64,000 nucleotides of DNA from Octopus vulgaris. Taxonomy: Eukaryota. The position numbers and the translations under genes are program-made. Location: assembly GCA_951406725.2 (NCBI GenBank), contig OX597815.1, positions 3,162,001 to 3,226,000 on the forward strand. The letters are read 5' to 3'. Under the pieces are notes generated by a model. That model was given only the letters and a program-made list of their open reading frames with translations, was not told the DNA's origin and did no database searches. Below, in pieces: positions 40,975 through 56,954 of the stretch. How positions within the stretch are numbered: position 1 is the stretch's first letter; each line of letters opens with the position of its first letter.

Positions 40975-41205
40975 GGTGGCGAGCTGGCAGAATCGTTAGC
41001 ACGCCGGGTGAAATGCTTAGCGGTATTTCGTCTGCCGTTACGTTCTGAGTTCAAATTCCGCCGAGGTCGACTTTACCTTTCATCCTTTCGGGGTCGATTA
41101 AATAAGTACCAGTTACGCACTGGGGTCGATATAATCGACTTAATCTCCTCGTCTGTCCTTGTTTGTCCCCTCTATGTTTAGCCCCCTGTGGGCAATAATG
41201 AAATA
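40975..41205 (+). mobile_element. SINE family B monomer
   Basis: Head GGCGAGCTGGCAGAATCGTTAGCAC, core and type-1 tail. Confidence 0.9.
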
Positions 41206-41859
41206 TATTTGTATACCTCTGGACTAATGATTAAAGAGACTACTATTCAAAGAAGACTCGAACAGACTTATACAAACAACTGTAGACAAATATGTATCGC
41301 AGTTTTATTATATCTTAGCAAAGAAACAATGCTTTCTATTTTACCAGGATTTTCAGCAGCTTGTATTACTTCAAGTCGATACAGCAAATTGTAATTATCT
41401 GGGGAAAATTCCAGACGATTAAGGAATACGTTCTTATTAACACAACAGAAAAGTTTTTCAAATTCGATGGAGCTGAAAACGAAATGAGTTGCACACAGTA
41501 CAAGTTCTCGAGGATGATTCGGAGTAAACACACAAACACATGTAAACACAGACACACACATTCTATATATGTGTATATATATTGCTCTAGGAGAAGTTGT
41601 TACCCATAACCAGTACAAAGTCGAAGTATGGCAGTCATAATCTTTTGCTTCTATACCACTACTCGCCATTTCCTATCATGAAAGAAACACTAAATAACTA
41701 TCTTTGCGTTTGACATAAGCTACTAAAAACTCCTGAACGCCGTGCCCCAGAATGGCCGGAGTCCAGTGACTAAAACCGGTAAAAGATATAAAGAGTGAAA
41801 ACATGCGTTTATATGAATGTCTGTGTGTTTATACATACGTACAAAATATGCGTCCACTA

Positions 41860-41884
41860 ATCTATCTATCCATCTATCTATCTA

Positions 41885-41942
<58 letters not shown>

Positions 41943-42039
41943 TAAATGTATATATTGATGAACATATATATATGTATATATACATATTTATATATATATA
42001 CATACATATATATATATATGCATGCATATATAAATATAT

Positions 42040-42089
<50 letters not shown>

Positions 42090-42794
42090 ACATGCATATA
42101 TAAATGTATATACATATAAACATTGATGAACATATACATATGTATTTTTTTTCTATCTAGTTCCAGCTCAGAGGTGCGGCCACGTATATATAGATATGTA
42201 TATATACATAATACACCCCCCCACATACACACACACGCACACACACATATATATATATATAAGTACATCAATGTCTACGCAAGTTTCTATATATAAGTAA
42301 ATATAGTTTGACATAAACCAACCGACGTTCATACGATGTGTATAGAGGCGCAGTGTCTGCAACAACTTGTAAAAACTGCATCTGAATAAAGTGTATCACT
42401 TCGGGGCAGTATAATTATTTTGTTTTTTCTCTTTGCAGCAACGAAGAGCCAATGTAAATAATAATAATAATAATGATAATAATAAAAGGTCGGTTTTGGC
42501 TCTCTATTTCATCTTCTGTCGGTCTAATGAATATTCCGCTTCTTTATGGCGCATATTTAATGTCACCACGAAAGGTTATAAAATATGTACATTTGAAAGG
42601 CTGAGATGGTTTCAGTGCGAGCTGTTTGTGTGTGTGTGTATGTGTGTGTGTGTGTGTGTATGTGTGTATGTGTGTGCATGTGTGTATGTGTGTGTGTGTT
42701 TCAATAGATAGATAGATACATACATACATACATACATACATACATTATATGCACAGATATACGTATATGTATGTATATAAATGTGTATGTTTGC

Positions 42795-42828
<34 letters not shown>

Positions 42829-43027
42829 ACATATATATAAATATATGTTAATATGTGTATATGTGTATATATATATATGTGTGTGTGTGTATGTGTGTGA
42901 GTGTATAAATAGATAGATAGATACATACATACATACATACATACATAGTTATATGCATAGATATACATATATGTATGTATATAAATGTGTGTGTGTGTAT
43001 ATATGTGTTTCTACGTGTATATGTGTG

Positions 43028-43058
<31 letters not shown>

Positions 43059-43080
43059 ATAAATAAACAGACAGTTAAAC

Positions 43081-43155
<75 letters not shown>

Positions 43156-43603
43156 CAAGTAGATCGATCGATCGATAAATAGATAGATAGATATACATGC
43201 ATGTATGTGTGCGTATATTGATAAACGGAGAGGGAGATATACCTACACATATATACATATGTGTGCAGGGAGATATACCTACACATATATACATACGTGT
43301 ATCTGTATGCGTGTGCATATCGGCGTGTATATATGGATAGATATACATATATGCATATAAATATATCTGTGTGCACATGTGTCTGTATATGAATATATAT
43401 GTTTGTGTGTGTTTGTGTGGAGGTATGTATTAATCTGCATAATTATTTCAGCATTTTCCCAAAAACTTGTATAAAACATACTCAACATAAACGCTGATAA
43501 GTAAACACAGATAGGAACATGGATAAATAGCTACATAAATTCATAGCTAGACAGACACACAGACAGATAGATAGACCATATATACACTTACAAATGTATA
43601 CAT

Positions 43604-43670
<67 letters not shown>

Positions 43671-43999
43671 CACACATATATATACACACACACACATATA
43701 TATATATATATGTATGTAAATATATGATATAATTTGTATATATATATATATATGTATATACATGATATAATTTGTATGTGTATATATATATATGTAATAT
43801 ACAATATATACAAGCACACACGTATGTGTGTATACTTGCATGCGTGCTTGCATGTGCACGCGTGTGTGTGTGTGTGTGTATGTATAATTATTTTGAGTAA
43901 GTGTGTATAAGACTTTACTAACCACTTTTCATTAACGCCTGACCCTCCGAAGTTCGCAACTCTGAGTGTTGATGGTGAAAACTCAGCTTTGAGTAATTG

Positions 44000-44058
<59 letters not shown>

Positions 44059-44226
44059 TCATGCACGGGTCTTGCAATATACACAATCTTGTATGCACAT
44101 TTATTGTGATAAATATATATATTATATATGCGTGTATGTACATACATACATACATGTATATGTATATATATAAGGTATATATACATATATGTATATAGAT
44201 AGTTAGAAACATACATACCTACATTG

Positions 44227-44257
<31 letters not shown>

Positions 44258-44643
44258 CAAATACATAATACTTGCAGGCATTCATACATACATTCATACA
44301 TGCATACATACATATATACATACATACATACATACATACATACGTACGTACGTACATACATACATACATACATACATACATACATACATACATACATACA
44401 TACATACATACATAAATACATACATGCATACATACATACATACATACATACATACATACATACATACATACATACATCATACATAAATACACACACATAC
44501 ATGCATACATACATACATACATACATACATACATACATACATACATACATACATACATACATACATACATACATAAATACACACACATACATGCATACAT
44601 ACATACATACATACATACATACATACATACATACATACATACA

Positions 44644-44677
<34 letters not shown>

Positions 44678-45408
44678 CATAGATACATAAATACATACAT
44701 GCATACACATACATACATACGTCAGTGTCCTGTTTATATTCAGTATATATACATAAATCTCCTGCGTAAATTACCCACCCTTTCAGATTTCTACAGCGAC
44801 TGCTCACTACATGAACACTTCGTTCAATGCACTCTCTGTTTATATGTGTGTCTGTGTGTGTGTGTACGTGTGTGTGTGTGTTTATGTGTGTGTGTGTGTG
44901 TGTGTCTATGTGTGTTGTGCGTAAAAAGAAAAAGCAAGAAGAAGTAACGCATGCATATGTATTTATATATGTGTGTACACAGGCAGGTGCATCAGTTTTT
45001 GTAATGGCTCCATGACCAAAATCTTTGCCGTGGCATAAATTATTATGTAAATAAACAAGTGAGATGTAAAACAGAAAAAAGGAAAAAAAAAAACAGACAA
45101 AAACATTTCTTATTTTTGTTTGGTTTCGTAACTTATTGGAGTTTTATCAACATTTCATTTGATGCTGTCTTAGACGACATTTTTTCCTGTACTTATTTCC
45201 ATTTTATTTTTATATTTTTTTTGTTTATTTGTTGATTTGTTTGATGGTATCTCTTCGCGTCTTTCTGTAGATCAACATGTCTCTCTGTCGGTCGATATAT
45301 CAGATTTTTTTCATTTTTTTTGTACAAATATATAGTGTAATCTATCTATAGACCTACACATCGTCCATATTGGACCAATACACCTATATACCGTCCATAT
45401 TGGATAAG

Positions 45409-45449
<41 letters not shown>

Positions 45450-45472
45450 TAGATAGATAGATAGATAGATAT

Positions 45473-45557
<85 letters not shown>

Positions 45558-45560
45558 AAA
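41860..45560. repeat. Microsatellite-dominated block (TA, TG, GATA, CATA)
   Basis: Visible. Confidence 0.9.
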
Positions 45561-45699
45561 TGGAATGAACGAAATGATTTAAGATGTTTACCTTTTGATA
45601 CATCTTTACACCTGTTTGGGAGTTTTTGCATATTCATTAGCATCCATCTAAGGTGTAAAATACACCTCCTTAGGTGATTGCTTAAATAAGTCCTTCGTT

Positions 45700-46270
45700 A
45701 GACCCAAGTGTAATCTCGCTCAGAGAGTGTTAAGTGTAGAAGGTCTAACGAGAAAGAGGAGTCCATTCTGCAGATGGTCCTTTGGCACAGAGGAGTATAA
45801 ATGCAGAAACTGTTGTGCAGGCAAGGCATTGCACTGGGACACATAACTGCAAAAGGGGTTTGAAGTAGAGAGAGAGTGTGACGGAAAAGGACCAATTTAA
45901 GGTCTTATGTGACTTCATTCTTCAGACTTACTTTGAGCTTCAAGCAAGACGACCAGATATTATAATTGTGGGCTACGTGTGAAAAGAGTGCCTTCTTACA
46001 GATTTAACTGTGTCTGCTGATATTAATGTAACGGTCAAAGGGAAGGGAAAATATAGGAAAATATCAAGATTTAGCTTGAGAAATGCGAAGACTCTGAACG
46101 GCTTCTGTGGTTATGGGTGTCCAAGGTACTGTTACCAAAAGACTTGGTAGTTTCTTTCCGAGATCGGTGTAACTATGAGAGCTGCTTGTTACAAAATCTT
46201 TACTATTAAGAACCGTTAGGATTGTTCGAAAGGCCTCCTTGATATGTAAGGAAAATTGTAAAGAAAACGG
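45700..46270 (+). mobile_element. Degenerate R4/Dong-like RLE domain
   Basis: LAQ.EYK..ALHW..KVLCDFILQT..ARRPDIII..IGKYQDLA..VMGVQGTV..LLLRTVRIVRK. Confidence 0.75.
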
Positions 46271-46443
46271 AATGATAAAGCAAACTAATTGTATACATAC
46301 CCGCTCAGACATAGGGGTATCTGCTGTTGAAGACGCGCAAATACGCTGAAGTCACGTGATCAGCCAGTTTAGTCGCTAGTACTGGATATTCTTCGCCTAC
46401 TACTGATACTCTTGTGCTTTTTATCACTATACATCTATACAAG

Positions 46444-47005
46444 ATGCTTTCTGAGGACGAATTACGTTGTATTATGGCTTCCCTGAGGCATATTCACATT
46501 AAATAGGACATACAAATTATTAGTCGGATCTAATACTGCTCCCGCCGTCGTGAATAACTAGTATCATATTTGAAATGCTTTCACAGACAACGGTTTGCAA
46601 AATTCAGAAGTGGAGATTCCAGCCTTGAAGATGAAACAGGACGTCCAGTTGAGTTTGATGATAAGCTCTTTGAGGCATCACTCGAATAAAATCCGGCGTT
46701 ATCAGTTGAAAAATTGACAATAAAGCTTAGTTCAAACCATACAACTGTTCATCATCATCTTCAACAACTTGGAAAGGTTCCTAAACTTGGAAAATGGGTG
46801 CCTCGTAAATTGTCCGAAAGCAACTGCAAATCCCGAGTTGACATCTGCTCTTCTCTCCATTCTCGTGAACTCATTTCACACTTTTTGGATAGACTTGTGA
46901 TGAAAAATAGATCTTCTATCAAAATGTTAAACCTCGTAAACAGTGGATTGGTAAAAGTGAAAAAGCTCAAACACAACCGAGAAGGGAACTTCATGGGAAA
47001 AAGTT

Positions 47006-47082
<77 letters not shown>

Positions 47083-47580
47083 GGGATTGCAAAGGAGTAA
47101 TTCACTTTGAATTGTTACCACCTAATGCAACAATCAATACTCAAGTCTACTGTCAGCAATTAGAGCGTTTGAACCAAGCTTTGAAGGAAAAAAGACCCGC
47201 TTTTGTGAATTGAAAAGGAGTGATGTTTCATCAGGACAGTGCGCAACCCCACACTGCAAAGATCACATCACAGAAGATTGAAGAGCTTGGTTGGGAAAAA
47301 AAATCCTCATCGACCTTATTCTCCCGACCTTGCTCCTTCAGACTACCATTTGGGGACATAACTTTCGCAAGCCAGGAGGAGGTCGAAGCTGCCATTTCAG
47401 AGTTCTTCACTTTGAAACCAAAAGTTTTACATTGATGGGATTAAAAAGCTTGTAAATAGATGGAAGGAAGTCATAGATAATCAGGGAAATTAAGCTGACG
47501 ATTAAATTTCAATTAAATATAACATTTGATCACTTGTTTTCTTTATTCAAAATTCGGACAGAACTTATGGGATGACCTGA
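46444..47580 (+). mobile_element. Second defective mariner; right TIR present, left TIR not found
   Basis: RFAKFRSGD.SLEDE.GRP, KLGKWVP, HQDSAQPH, YSPDLAPSDYH; end TTCGGACAGAACTTATGGGATGACCTGA+TA. Confidence 0.9.
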
Positions 47581-47879
47581 TAGATGATATTTTCAGAAAG
47601 TAAGGTAAAATATGTCTGAATTAGATTAGGACTAACTGGGAAATGAAATTAGCGCAAAGACAAAGTTTACGATTAGCTTGGCTTTTACTCAAAATTATTG
47701 TTTTTCACTCACAAGGCCCAAACACTTTATAAAATAACCAAAAATGAAGAAATGCTCTATTTAACAAATCATGTCTTTCTCTAGGTGAGTGGTTTTTAAC
47801 CGGGTCCAAATGGCACTTGGGGATCCACATTCATTTATGAGCAATAATTTGGTTATACTTTTATAATACACAAAATATT

Positions 47880-48270
47880 TTACTCTTTTATTTGTTTCAG
47901 TTATTTGACTGTGGCCATGCTGGAGCACCGCCTTTAGTCGAACAAATCGACCGCAGGACTTATTCTTTGTAAGCCTAGTACTTATTCTATCGGTTTCTTT
48001 TGCCGAACCACTAAGTTACGGGGACGTAAACACACCACCATCGGTTGTCAAGCGATGTTGGGGGGACAAACACAAACACAGAAACACACAAACATATAGA
48101 CACACATACATATATACGACGGGCTTCTTTCAGTTTCCGTCTACCAAATGCACTCACAAGGCTTTGGTCGGCCCGAGGCTATAGAAGACACTTGCCCAAG
48201 GTGCCACGCTGTGGAACTGAACCCAGAATCATGTGGTTCGTAAGCAAGCTACTTACCACACAGCCACTCC
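47880..48270 (-). mobile_element. SINE family A, full copy
   Basis: Reverse complement of 1344-1783. Confidence 0.9.
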
Positions 48271-48724
48271 TAATAATTTCTTTTTATACAATTCCTAATA
48301 ATATTTAATCATAAAAATATATGACTTTTAAAAAATCGAATGGCTCTGAGAGTCCAGCAGAGTAAACTAGGAATCAAAGGGGCTCCACGGGTAAATGGTT
48401 GAGAACCACCGCCCGGTGTCACAAGCCCTGCAATTGATCTGATGTCGAGACGAAGCAGAAATGAGGTGGTGGTCATGGACTCTCCAGGATATGACCACTG
48501 GTTATACTGAGGTTCGCTCTCGAATAGACTCTTTGCTTTCAGTTCCAACAAGCTAAAAAAAGTTATTTTTTTCCATATTATGCTTTAAAAACCGCCAAGG
48601 TTATTGTTATTATTATTATTGTTGCTGTTGTTGTTGTTATTATTAAAAACCGCCAAGGTTATTGTTATTATTATTATCATTATTGTTGTTGTTGTTGTTG
48701 TTATTGTTATTACTGTTATCATTA

Positions 48725-48794
<70 letters not shown>

Positions 48795-48810
48795 CATTAT
48801 TATTATAATT

Positions 48811-49046
48811 GAGTGAGAGAGCTGTGCATGCCATCAAAGAGACACTGGGACAAAATATACGAAGCCCAGTATACCCATCATGACCACCCGTCTGACAAGG
48901 GTACACTAGGTACATGCATAACAACCATATGTGCGCGACATGGTGATCTCATATCAAGATAAACAGGGAATGACCTTGCTGGGGGGGGGGCCCAGTTAGA
49001 ATTTTCTTCTGGTCGAGTAACCCATCCCGCTCAAAAGGCCCCTGAA
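48811..49046 (-). mobile_element. Family E element, partial
   Basis: Matches 31222-31455. Confidence 0.85.
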
Positions 49047-49067
49047 TTATTATCATTATTATTTTAT

Positions 49068-49739
49068 TGTCTGTGCACAGCTTCTATCGCTGGAGGTGTT
49101 CTACGGTGTCAACTGTTCCTTACAGGTGAACTAAGGTAACACCTCTTATTTTTCGAGCACCTTCCGGAGTATTCGAGCGGTGCCACGCAGTGCTGTTTTC
49201 TGCAAACGCTCGACCCTTATTGTAGCCCCTATTTGTTCCAAGATAGAAAAGTCGATAAATATGACAGGTTAGCTTGGGAGGTTAAGCAGTTGTAGTCGCT
49301 GAAATAGTTGGTAGTAGTACAAATAATTGTCGGAGCCCTGGAAAACAGTGAGTAAAATTATTATTATTATTATTATCATTGCCTTTGCAAAACATCTAAC
49401 GCTGGAGATGTACTACAGTGTCAGCTGTTCACTACCAGTGAACTAAGGTAACACCCCTTATTTTTCGAGCACCTTCCAGAGCATTCGAGCGGTTCCAAGC
49501 AGTGATGTTTTCTGCAAGGGTTCCACCCTTATTGCAGCCCCTATTTGTTCTATATACTTTTCAAGATTTTTACTCACTGTTCCTAGGGCTCCGACAATTA
49601 TAATTGTTAGTAGTACCAATAATTATTGGTACTACTACTCCTTTTTCATCGACTACGACTACTTAACCTCCCAAGCTAACCTGTCATATCAATCGACTTT
49701 TCTTTCTTCCATATCACATACCTTGTCAGCTGGGTAGGC

Positions 49740-49741
<2 letters not shown>
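49068..49741 (-). mobile_element. Two tandem R4/Dong-like 3' ends in (TTA)n; first has a 5' inversion
   Basis: IIVGALGTVSKNLEKYIEQIG..LQKTSLLGTARMLWKVLEK*. Confidence 0.85.
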
Positions 49742-49808
<67 letters not shown>

Positions 49809-50257
49809 CATCGATGTATTATTATGATGTAACTGTTGTTGTTATTGTTGTCGATGTTAAAGTGAGAAACGTTGTTCCATCTTTGGCCCCAACTACTCAG
49901 ATGCTCCCATTTCATCTGTATCGATTTTCTCATCAATCAATCGACAACAACGAAGTCATCAAAGGGGCTCCTACCCCCCCCCCCCCCCAACCAACGTTGA
50001 TGCATTGGACACATTAAATCACATATTATCTAGTTCACATGCGTGTGTGTGTGTGTGTCTGTGTGTGTGTGAGTGTTTATGAATGTGTGTACGTGCGTGT
50101 GTGTGTGTGTGTGTTTGTGTGTGTGTGGTGTGCGTGTGTGTGTGTGTGTGTACTCTGTTGGGTTTCACTTCCTTAACCTTGTGGATGAAACTAATAAACT
50201 ACTAAACGAGTGTATATTTGCATATAAACATACATAGACATATGTTTATATTTATGT

Positions 50258-50770
50258 ATTCTTTTATTCTTTTACTTGTTTCAGCCATTTGACTGCGGCC
50301 ATGCTGGAGCACCGCCTTAAAGGGTCTTAGTCGAAGAAATCGACCCCCAGGACTCATTCCTTTTAAGCCTAATACTTATTTATGCTAGCGGTCTCTTGAA
50401 CCGCTAATTTACGGGGACATAAACACACCACCATCGGTTGTCAAGCGATGGCGGTGGGACAAACAGACACACAAACAAATATATATTTATATATATACTT
50501 ATATATATCACCGTGATCACCGTGACCGACCAGGCCTTCAGCCATAATTTGAAACCAAAATACAGCCATCTTAAAGAAGCACATCGGGCGAAATGGTTAG
50601 CGGCATTTCGTCCGTCTTTACGTTCTGAGTTCAAATTCCGGTGAAGTCGGCTTTGCCTCTCATCCTTTCGGGGTCGACAAAATAAGTACCAGTTGAATAC
50701 TGGGGTCGATGTAATCAACTTACTCCATCCCTGAAAGAATTGCTGGTCTTGTGCCAAAATTTTGAAGCCA
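50258..50770. mobile_element. SINE A tail (-) and SINE B (+)
   Basis: Family motifs. Confidence 0.8.
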
Positions 50771-51303
50771 TCATTTGTAACCATCTTCCTTCATTTCTAT
50801 AAAGACAGTAAGGCGTGATTTGACGAGTATGTATGTAGCTGTTATTTCTAACAAGTTAAGAAACCTCGTAGGACTCTCTTTATTTTATCGTCTATCAAGC
50901 AAAATGAAAAGTTCGCTCGGCGAATGCTTAGACATATTGCAGCAAAACAACAACAACAAGAATAACAACAAAAACAACCACTACGACGACAACAGCAGCC
51001 ATATTCTTCAGAGAAATAACGGTAAGCTCAGTTGGTTCCAGCAAAACTTATCAACCTTTACGAGCAAAAGTAGAATAATTTCTTGTTGAAATTGCTAATC
51101 TTATTTTAAAAAGCTATTTTAGTTTCTTTAAACTTCAAAACATCAATAAAAAAACAACCTACAAAAATAAATGTGTCATAAAGTTTTTTTTTTATCTGTT
51201 TCCAATTTATGTAAAAATCTGTGTATGCGTCTCTCTCTCTCTCTCTCCCTATATATATATATATGCATGTATGTATATATGTATGTATACATACATACAT
51301 ATA

Positions 51304-51386
<83 letters not shown>

Positions 51387-51395
51387 GTATATATG

Positions 51396-51464
<69 letters not shown>

Positions 51465-52100
51465 TTGTATGTATGTATAGGTAATAGGTTCTACAGCGGA
51501 ATCAAATAACGCCATGATCAAATGTAAATATCTAAATGTATGTTTTATCAAGCATGATATCAAATGTGAAGGAGAGAGATACGATGGCTACACAAGGTTA
51601 GTACGATGGGAAATGTGGTGTAGCGTGATATCTGATCAAAACGCCAAAACTGAAGAATTAAAGCAAAAGGCGAAATAAAATCAACAAATGAATAATTTCA
51701 CTCACGGCTTTCAAATTTCAAACGAAAAATTACAGATTCTTTTTACAACCTGGTTTGCCGACCAGATTTCTAAAAAAACCAGACGACATCCATAACACTG
51801 ACACTCATCCCCCTTCCTCTCTCTCTCATTCTCTCCTTCTCCCCCCTCTCTCTCTCTCACCTTTCTCTCTCTCTCAATGTTTTTCTCTCTTTAGCTCATA
51901 CAGTCTCCCATACACTTACACGCACACACACGGGTACACACATATATATATATATATAGATAGATAGATTCATACATACGCTTATACATACATAACGCAC
52001 AAACTCAGCCATATGTATGTATATATGTGTGTACATATTTGCTTCTGCGTTTATTTTCTTTTGAGGTTATATTAACAAACATACACACAAACACACACAT

Positions 52101-52149
<49 letters not shown>

Positions 52150-52166
52150 CATATATATAGATTTGT

Positions 52167-52227
<61 letters not shown>

Positions 52228-52674
52228 CATATATATAGATTTGTACATATATATACCCACATATACAAGAATAAGGTAGAGCGCACCCTCTACACCTATG
52301 TATGTATGTGTGTGAGTATGAGTTACTATATGTAGATTTGAACGTGTGTGTATGTGCATGTATATATTTCTTTATGCATATACGTGTGTATATGTATAAG
52401 TATGCCTCTGTATATAATGAATTCATGCATATATATGTGTATATATTGTATTTTATACATTTACAACAGTGAAGCTACATCTATGCTCAAAGGCAGAGCT
52501 TCGTTGCAGAGAACTTGTTACAGGTGTCGTATAGTGCGTGTGTACACATTTGTCTGTGTGTGTGTGAGTACACACACACATACGTACCTATGTATGTATA
52601 CTGTAAGGGAGAGGTAATTATTTTGAATAGATATTGTAGGTATTATATAAGTGTGAGTGTGTGTATACACACAC

Positions 52675-53350
<676 letters not shown>

Positions 53351-53705
53351 CATAAATACCTGCATACGTACATACCTTGGTAGGGGCACCTGAGTGTTTT
53401 ATGTACTCGCGTTATGTATTCATAATACAAACCGATTGCAAGCGGCGCACATGAAAGGGCAACATTTACATACAAACTGCATGCAACAGTAAAGATGAAC
53501 GCATCCACACTCACACACATGAAGGAACCACAACACCCTGCTTCTACTTACATGCATTAAATACATACACATACACACACACACACATACACACACACAC
53601 AAGCATACATATATGAATATATACATACATAGATGCATATGCATAAATATATATATTTATATATAGATATATATATATATATATAGATATATATATATAG
53701 ATATA

Positions 53706-54083
53706 GGCGTAGGAGTGGGTGTGTGGTAAGTAGTTTGCTTGCCAACCACATGGTTCCGGGTTCAGTCCCACTGCGTGGCATCTTGGGCAAGTAAGTGTCT
53801 TCTACTATAGCCTCGGGCCGACCAATGCCTTGTGAGTGGATTTGGTAGACGGAAACTGAAAGAAGCCCGTCGCATATATGTATGTATGTATGTGTATGTG
53901 GGTGTATATGTTTGTATGTCTGTTTGTCCCCCCAATATCGCTTGACAACCGATGCTGGTTCGGCAAAAGAGACCGATTAAATAAGTACTGGGCTTACAAA
54001 GAATAAGTCCTTGGGTCGATCTGCTCGATTAAAGGCGATGCTCCAGCATGGCCACAGTCAAAATGACTGAAACAAGTAAAAGA

Positions 54084-54149
<66 letters not shown>

Positions 54150-54569
54150 GTGCGCGCACACACGTATACGTGCATGTGGGGCTAGAAGTTTATTTCCCAA
54201 TCACATGGTCCCTGGTTCAGTCCTTGGGTGTTTACTATAGCCTTGGGCCAACCAAAGCCTTGTATTGTAAGTAGATTTGGTAGACGGAAACTTAAAGCGG
54301 TCCATCGTATATATATATATATGTGTGTGTGTGTGTGCGTGTGTGCGTGTGTGTGTTTGTGTGTGTGTGCGCGTGTGTGTGTCTTTCTGTCTGTGTTTGT
54401 TTCCCAGCATGTAATCTTCGTAACCTAGCGGTTCGGCAAAAAAACTGATACAATATGTCCCAAGCTTAAAAAGAGATAAGTAATGGTGTCGATTCATTCA
54501 ACTAAACATTCTCCAAGGCGGTGCTCCAACATGGTCGCAGTCTAATGACTGGAACAAGTAAAAGATAAA

Positions 54570-54570
<1 letters not shown>
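53706..54570 (+). mobile_element. Two tandem SINE family A copies
   Basis: 53706-54085 well preserved; 54170-54570 older. Confidence 0.85.
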
Positions 54571-54613
<43 letters not shown>

Positions 54614-54896
54614 AAATGTGTGCATGGAGGGAGATGAAAGCATGGAGACCATGGGAGGGAGATGAAAGCATGGAGAGTATAGAAATCAGTGTCAACTTTT
54701 CCTTTATAAAATGTAATGAAACTCAAGGACGTCCTTAGATGACGAAAATGTTTCGGATAATCTTTTACAAGAAAAAAAAAATTAACATCCTTATATAAAT
54801 GGCTCCAGGAATGCAACCACGAGGATTCATGCCATTACAAACTGACCCCGGAAACCCATTCGTATTTCAGTTAGGTCTGATATTACCGTGTTTAGG

Positions 54897-55310
54897 ACGG
54901 CGAGCTGGCAGAAACGTTAGCACGCCGGGCGAAATGCGTAGCCGTATTTCGTCTGCCGTTATGTTCTGAGTTCAAATTCCGCCGAGGTCGACTTTGCCTT
55001 TCATCCTTTCGGGGTCGATAAATTAAGTACCAGTTAATCACTGGGGTTGATGTAATCGACTTAATCCGTTTGTCTGTCCTTGTTTGTCCTCTCTGTGTTT
55101 AGCCCCTTGTGGGCAGTAAAGAAATAGGTATTTCGTATACCGTGACGTTCTGAGTTCAAATTCCGCCGGGGTCGACTTTGCCTTTCTTCCTTTCGGGATC
55201 AATTAAATAAGTACCAGTTACGCACTGGGTCGATATAATCGACTTAGTCACTTTGTCTGTCCTTGCTTGTCTCCTCTATGTTTAATCCCCTGTGGGCAAT
55301 AAAGACATAG
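54897..55310 (+). mobile_element. SINE family B dimer
   Basis: Head plus two units. Confidence 0.9.
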
Positions 55311-56029
55311 ATATTACTCTATATATTTTGATTAAAAAAAAAGCTTTTATCTGCGTTCGATTAAAAATAGTGGAATAAGAAATTTTGAACTTATTTTCAT
55401 TAAAAATTCTATAGTATTTGTTGTAGGGAGAGAAATGTAGAAACCTGCTAGTTATATGATGGATTGTACCACTTCGATGTCTATCTTTATATATTTTATC
55501 TTTTGCTTGTTTCAATCATTATACTGCGGTCATACTGGGGCACCGCCTTGAAGAATCTTAGTCGAACGAATCGACTGCTGTACTTTTTTTGTTTTCAAGC
55601 CCGGTACTCATTTTGAATCTGTCTCGTTTAAATAAGTTCTTAGTAATGGTCTAAGGTAGTTGAAGTATTGATTCTTTTGTTAATATATTGCAGTGACTCG
55701 TTTGCTTCTTCTAGATGGCAAGCAGAGGCCATTATCCAAGTCCAGTACCTCATGAAGCAACATAAACAATCAACAGTAGATCCGATTCAACAGTGATCCG
55801 AGTTCCTAGCTACCCAATGGGTTCGCCGTCCGGCTGTTTACTGTTGTTTATGTTTTCGACTACATCCTCCCGACACAGTCCAGCCTCCGCCCCAAATATT
55901 ATTGGGAATCTTTTTGCCTCTTTGTGAAGAATATAGCGGTTGACCAGGTCTGTTATTTCTGCCAAGTCATTTGCTTCCATACATAGAAGAAATATTCCAC
56001 GAAATATATTTTTAAACCGTAATGAATTG

Positions 56030-56569
56030 TTCCGTCCCACTGTGTGGCACCTTGGGCAAGTGTCTTCTGCTATAGCCTCGGGCCGACCAAAGACTTGTCA
56101 ATGGATTTGGTAGACAGAAACTGAAAGGCAGCGAGCTGGTAGAATCGTTAGCACGCCGGGCGAAATGTTTAGCGGTATTTCGTCTACCGTTACGTTCTGA
56201 GTTCAAATTCCGCCGAGGTCGACTTTGCATTTCATCCTTTCGAGGTTGATAAATTAAGTACCAGTTACGCACTGGAGTCGATATAATTGACTTAATCCCT
56301 TTGTCTGTCCTTGTTTGTCTCCTCTATGTTAAGCCCCTAGTGGGCAATGAAGAAATAAGAAACTGAAAGAAGCCTGTCGTATATATACATATATATATAT
56401 ATGCATATATTTATATGTGTCTTTGTGTCTGTTTGTCCCCTACCACCACCATTTGACAACCGGTGTTGGGGTATTTACGCCCCCGTACTTAGCAGTTCGG
56501 TAAAAAGACCCATAGAATAAGTACCAGGCTTAGAGGAAAGAGTGGATCCTGGGGTCGATTTGGTAAAAG

Positions 56570-56570
<1 letters not shown>
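56030..56570 (+). mobile_element. SINE A interrupted by SINE B (56128-56357) with 12-bp TSD
   Basis: AGAAACTGAAAG at 56116-56127 and 56358-56369. Confidence 0.9.
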
Positions 56571-56607
<37 letters not shown>

Positions 56608-56954
56608 CATACATACGTCCTATGTACACATGCAGCTGTCTAAGCTAGCAAGTAGCTTCTTCTTCTTTCTTTTCTTTGCAATAAGAAATCGCCTCATCAT
56701 TTTCAGCATAAAACTGATGTTTAAACGATATCACAACTAATTTCGCTCAGGCACGTGCGCACGCGCACACATACGCTTATCGGACAAATTTTGCAAGGCG
56801 CAATGTATCTTGGATTACCTTATCCAATATGTCCTCGTTTTTTAAGTCGGTTGGCTGTGATTTAAGGGAGATTTGACTGCGAATAAAGCAGTCACCTTCG
56901 CTGGTTTTTATGCTGTGTGGGTGCTGATGTTCAAAGTGTTAAGTCGATGATTGG

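Noticed and set aside
41210-41530. Complex unique sequence with short ORFs
   Set aside because: No recognisable motif or consistent splice sites
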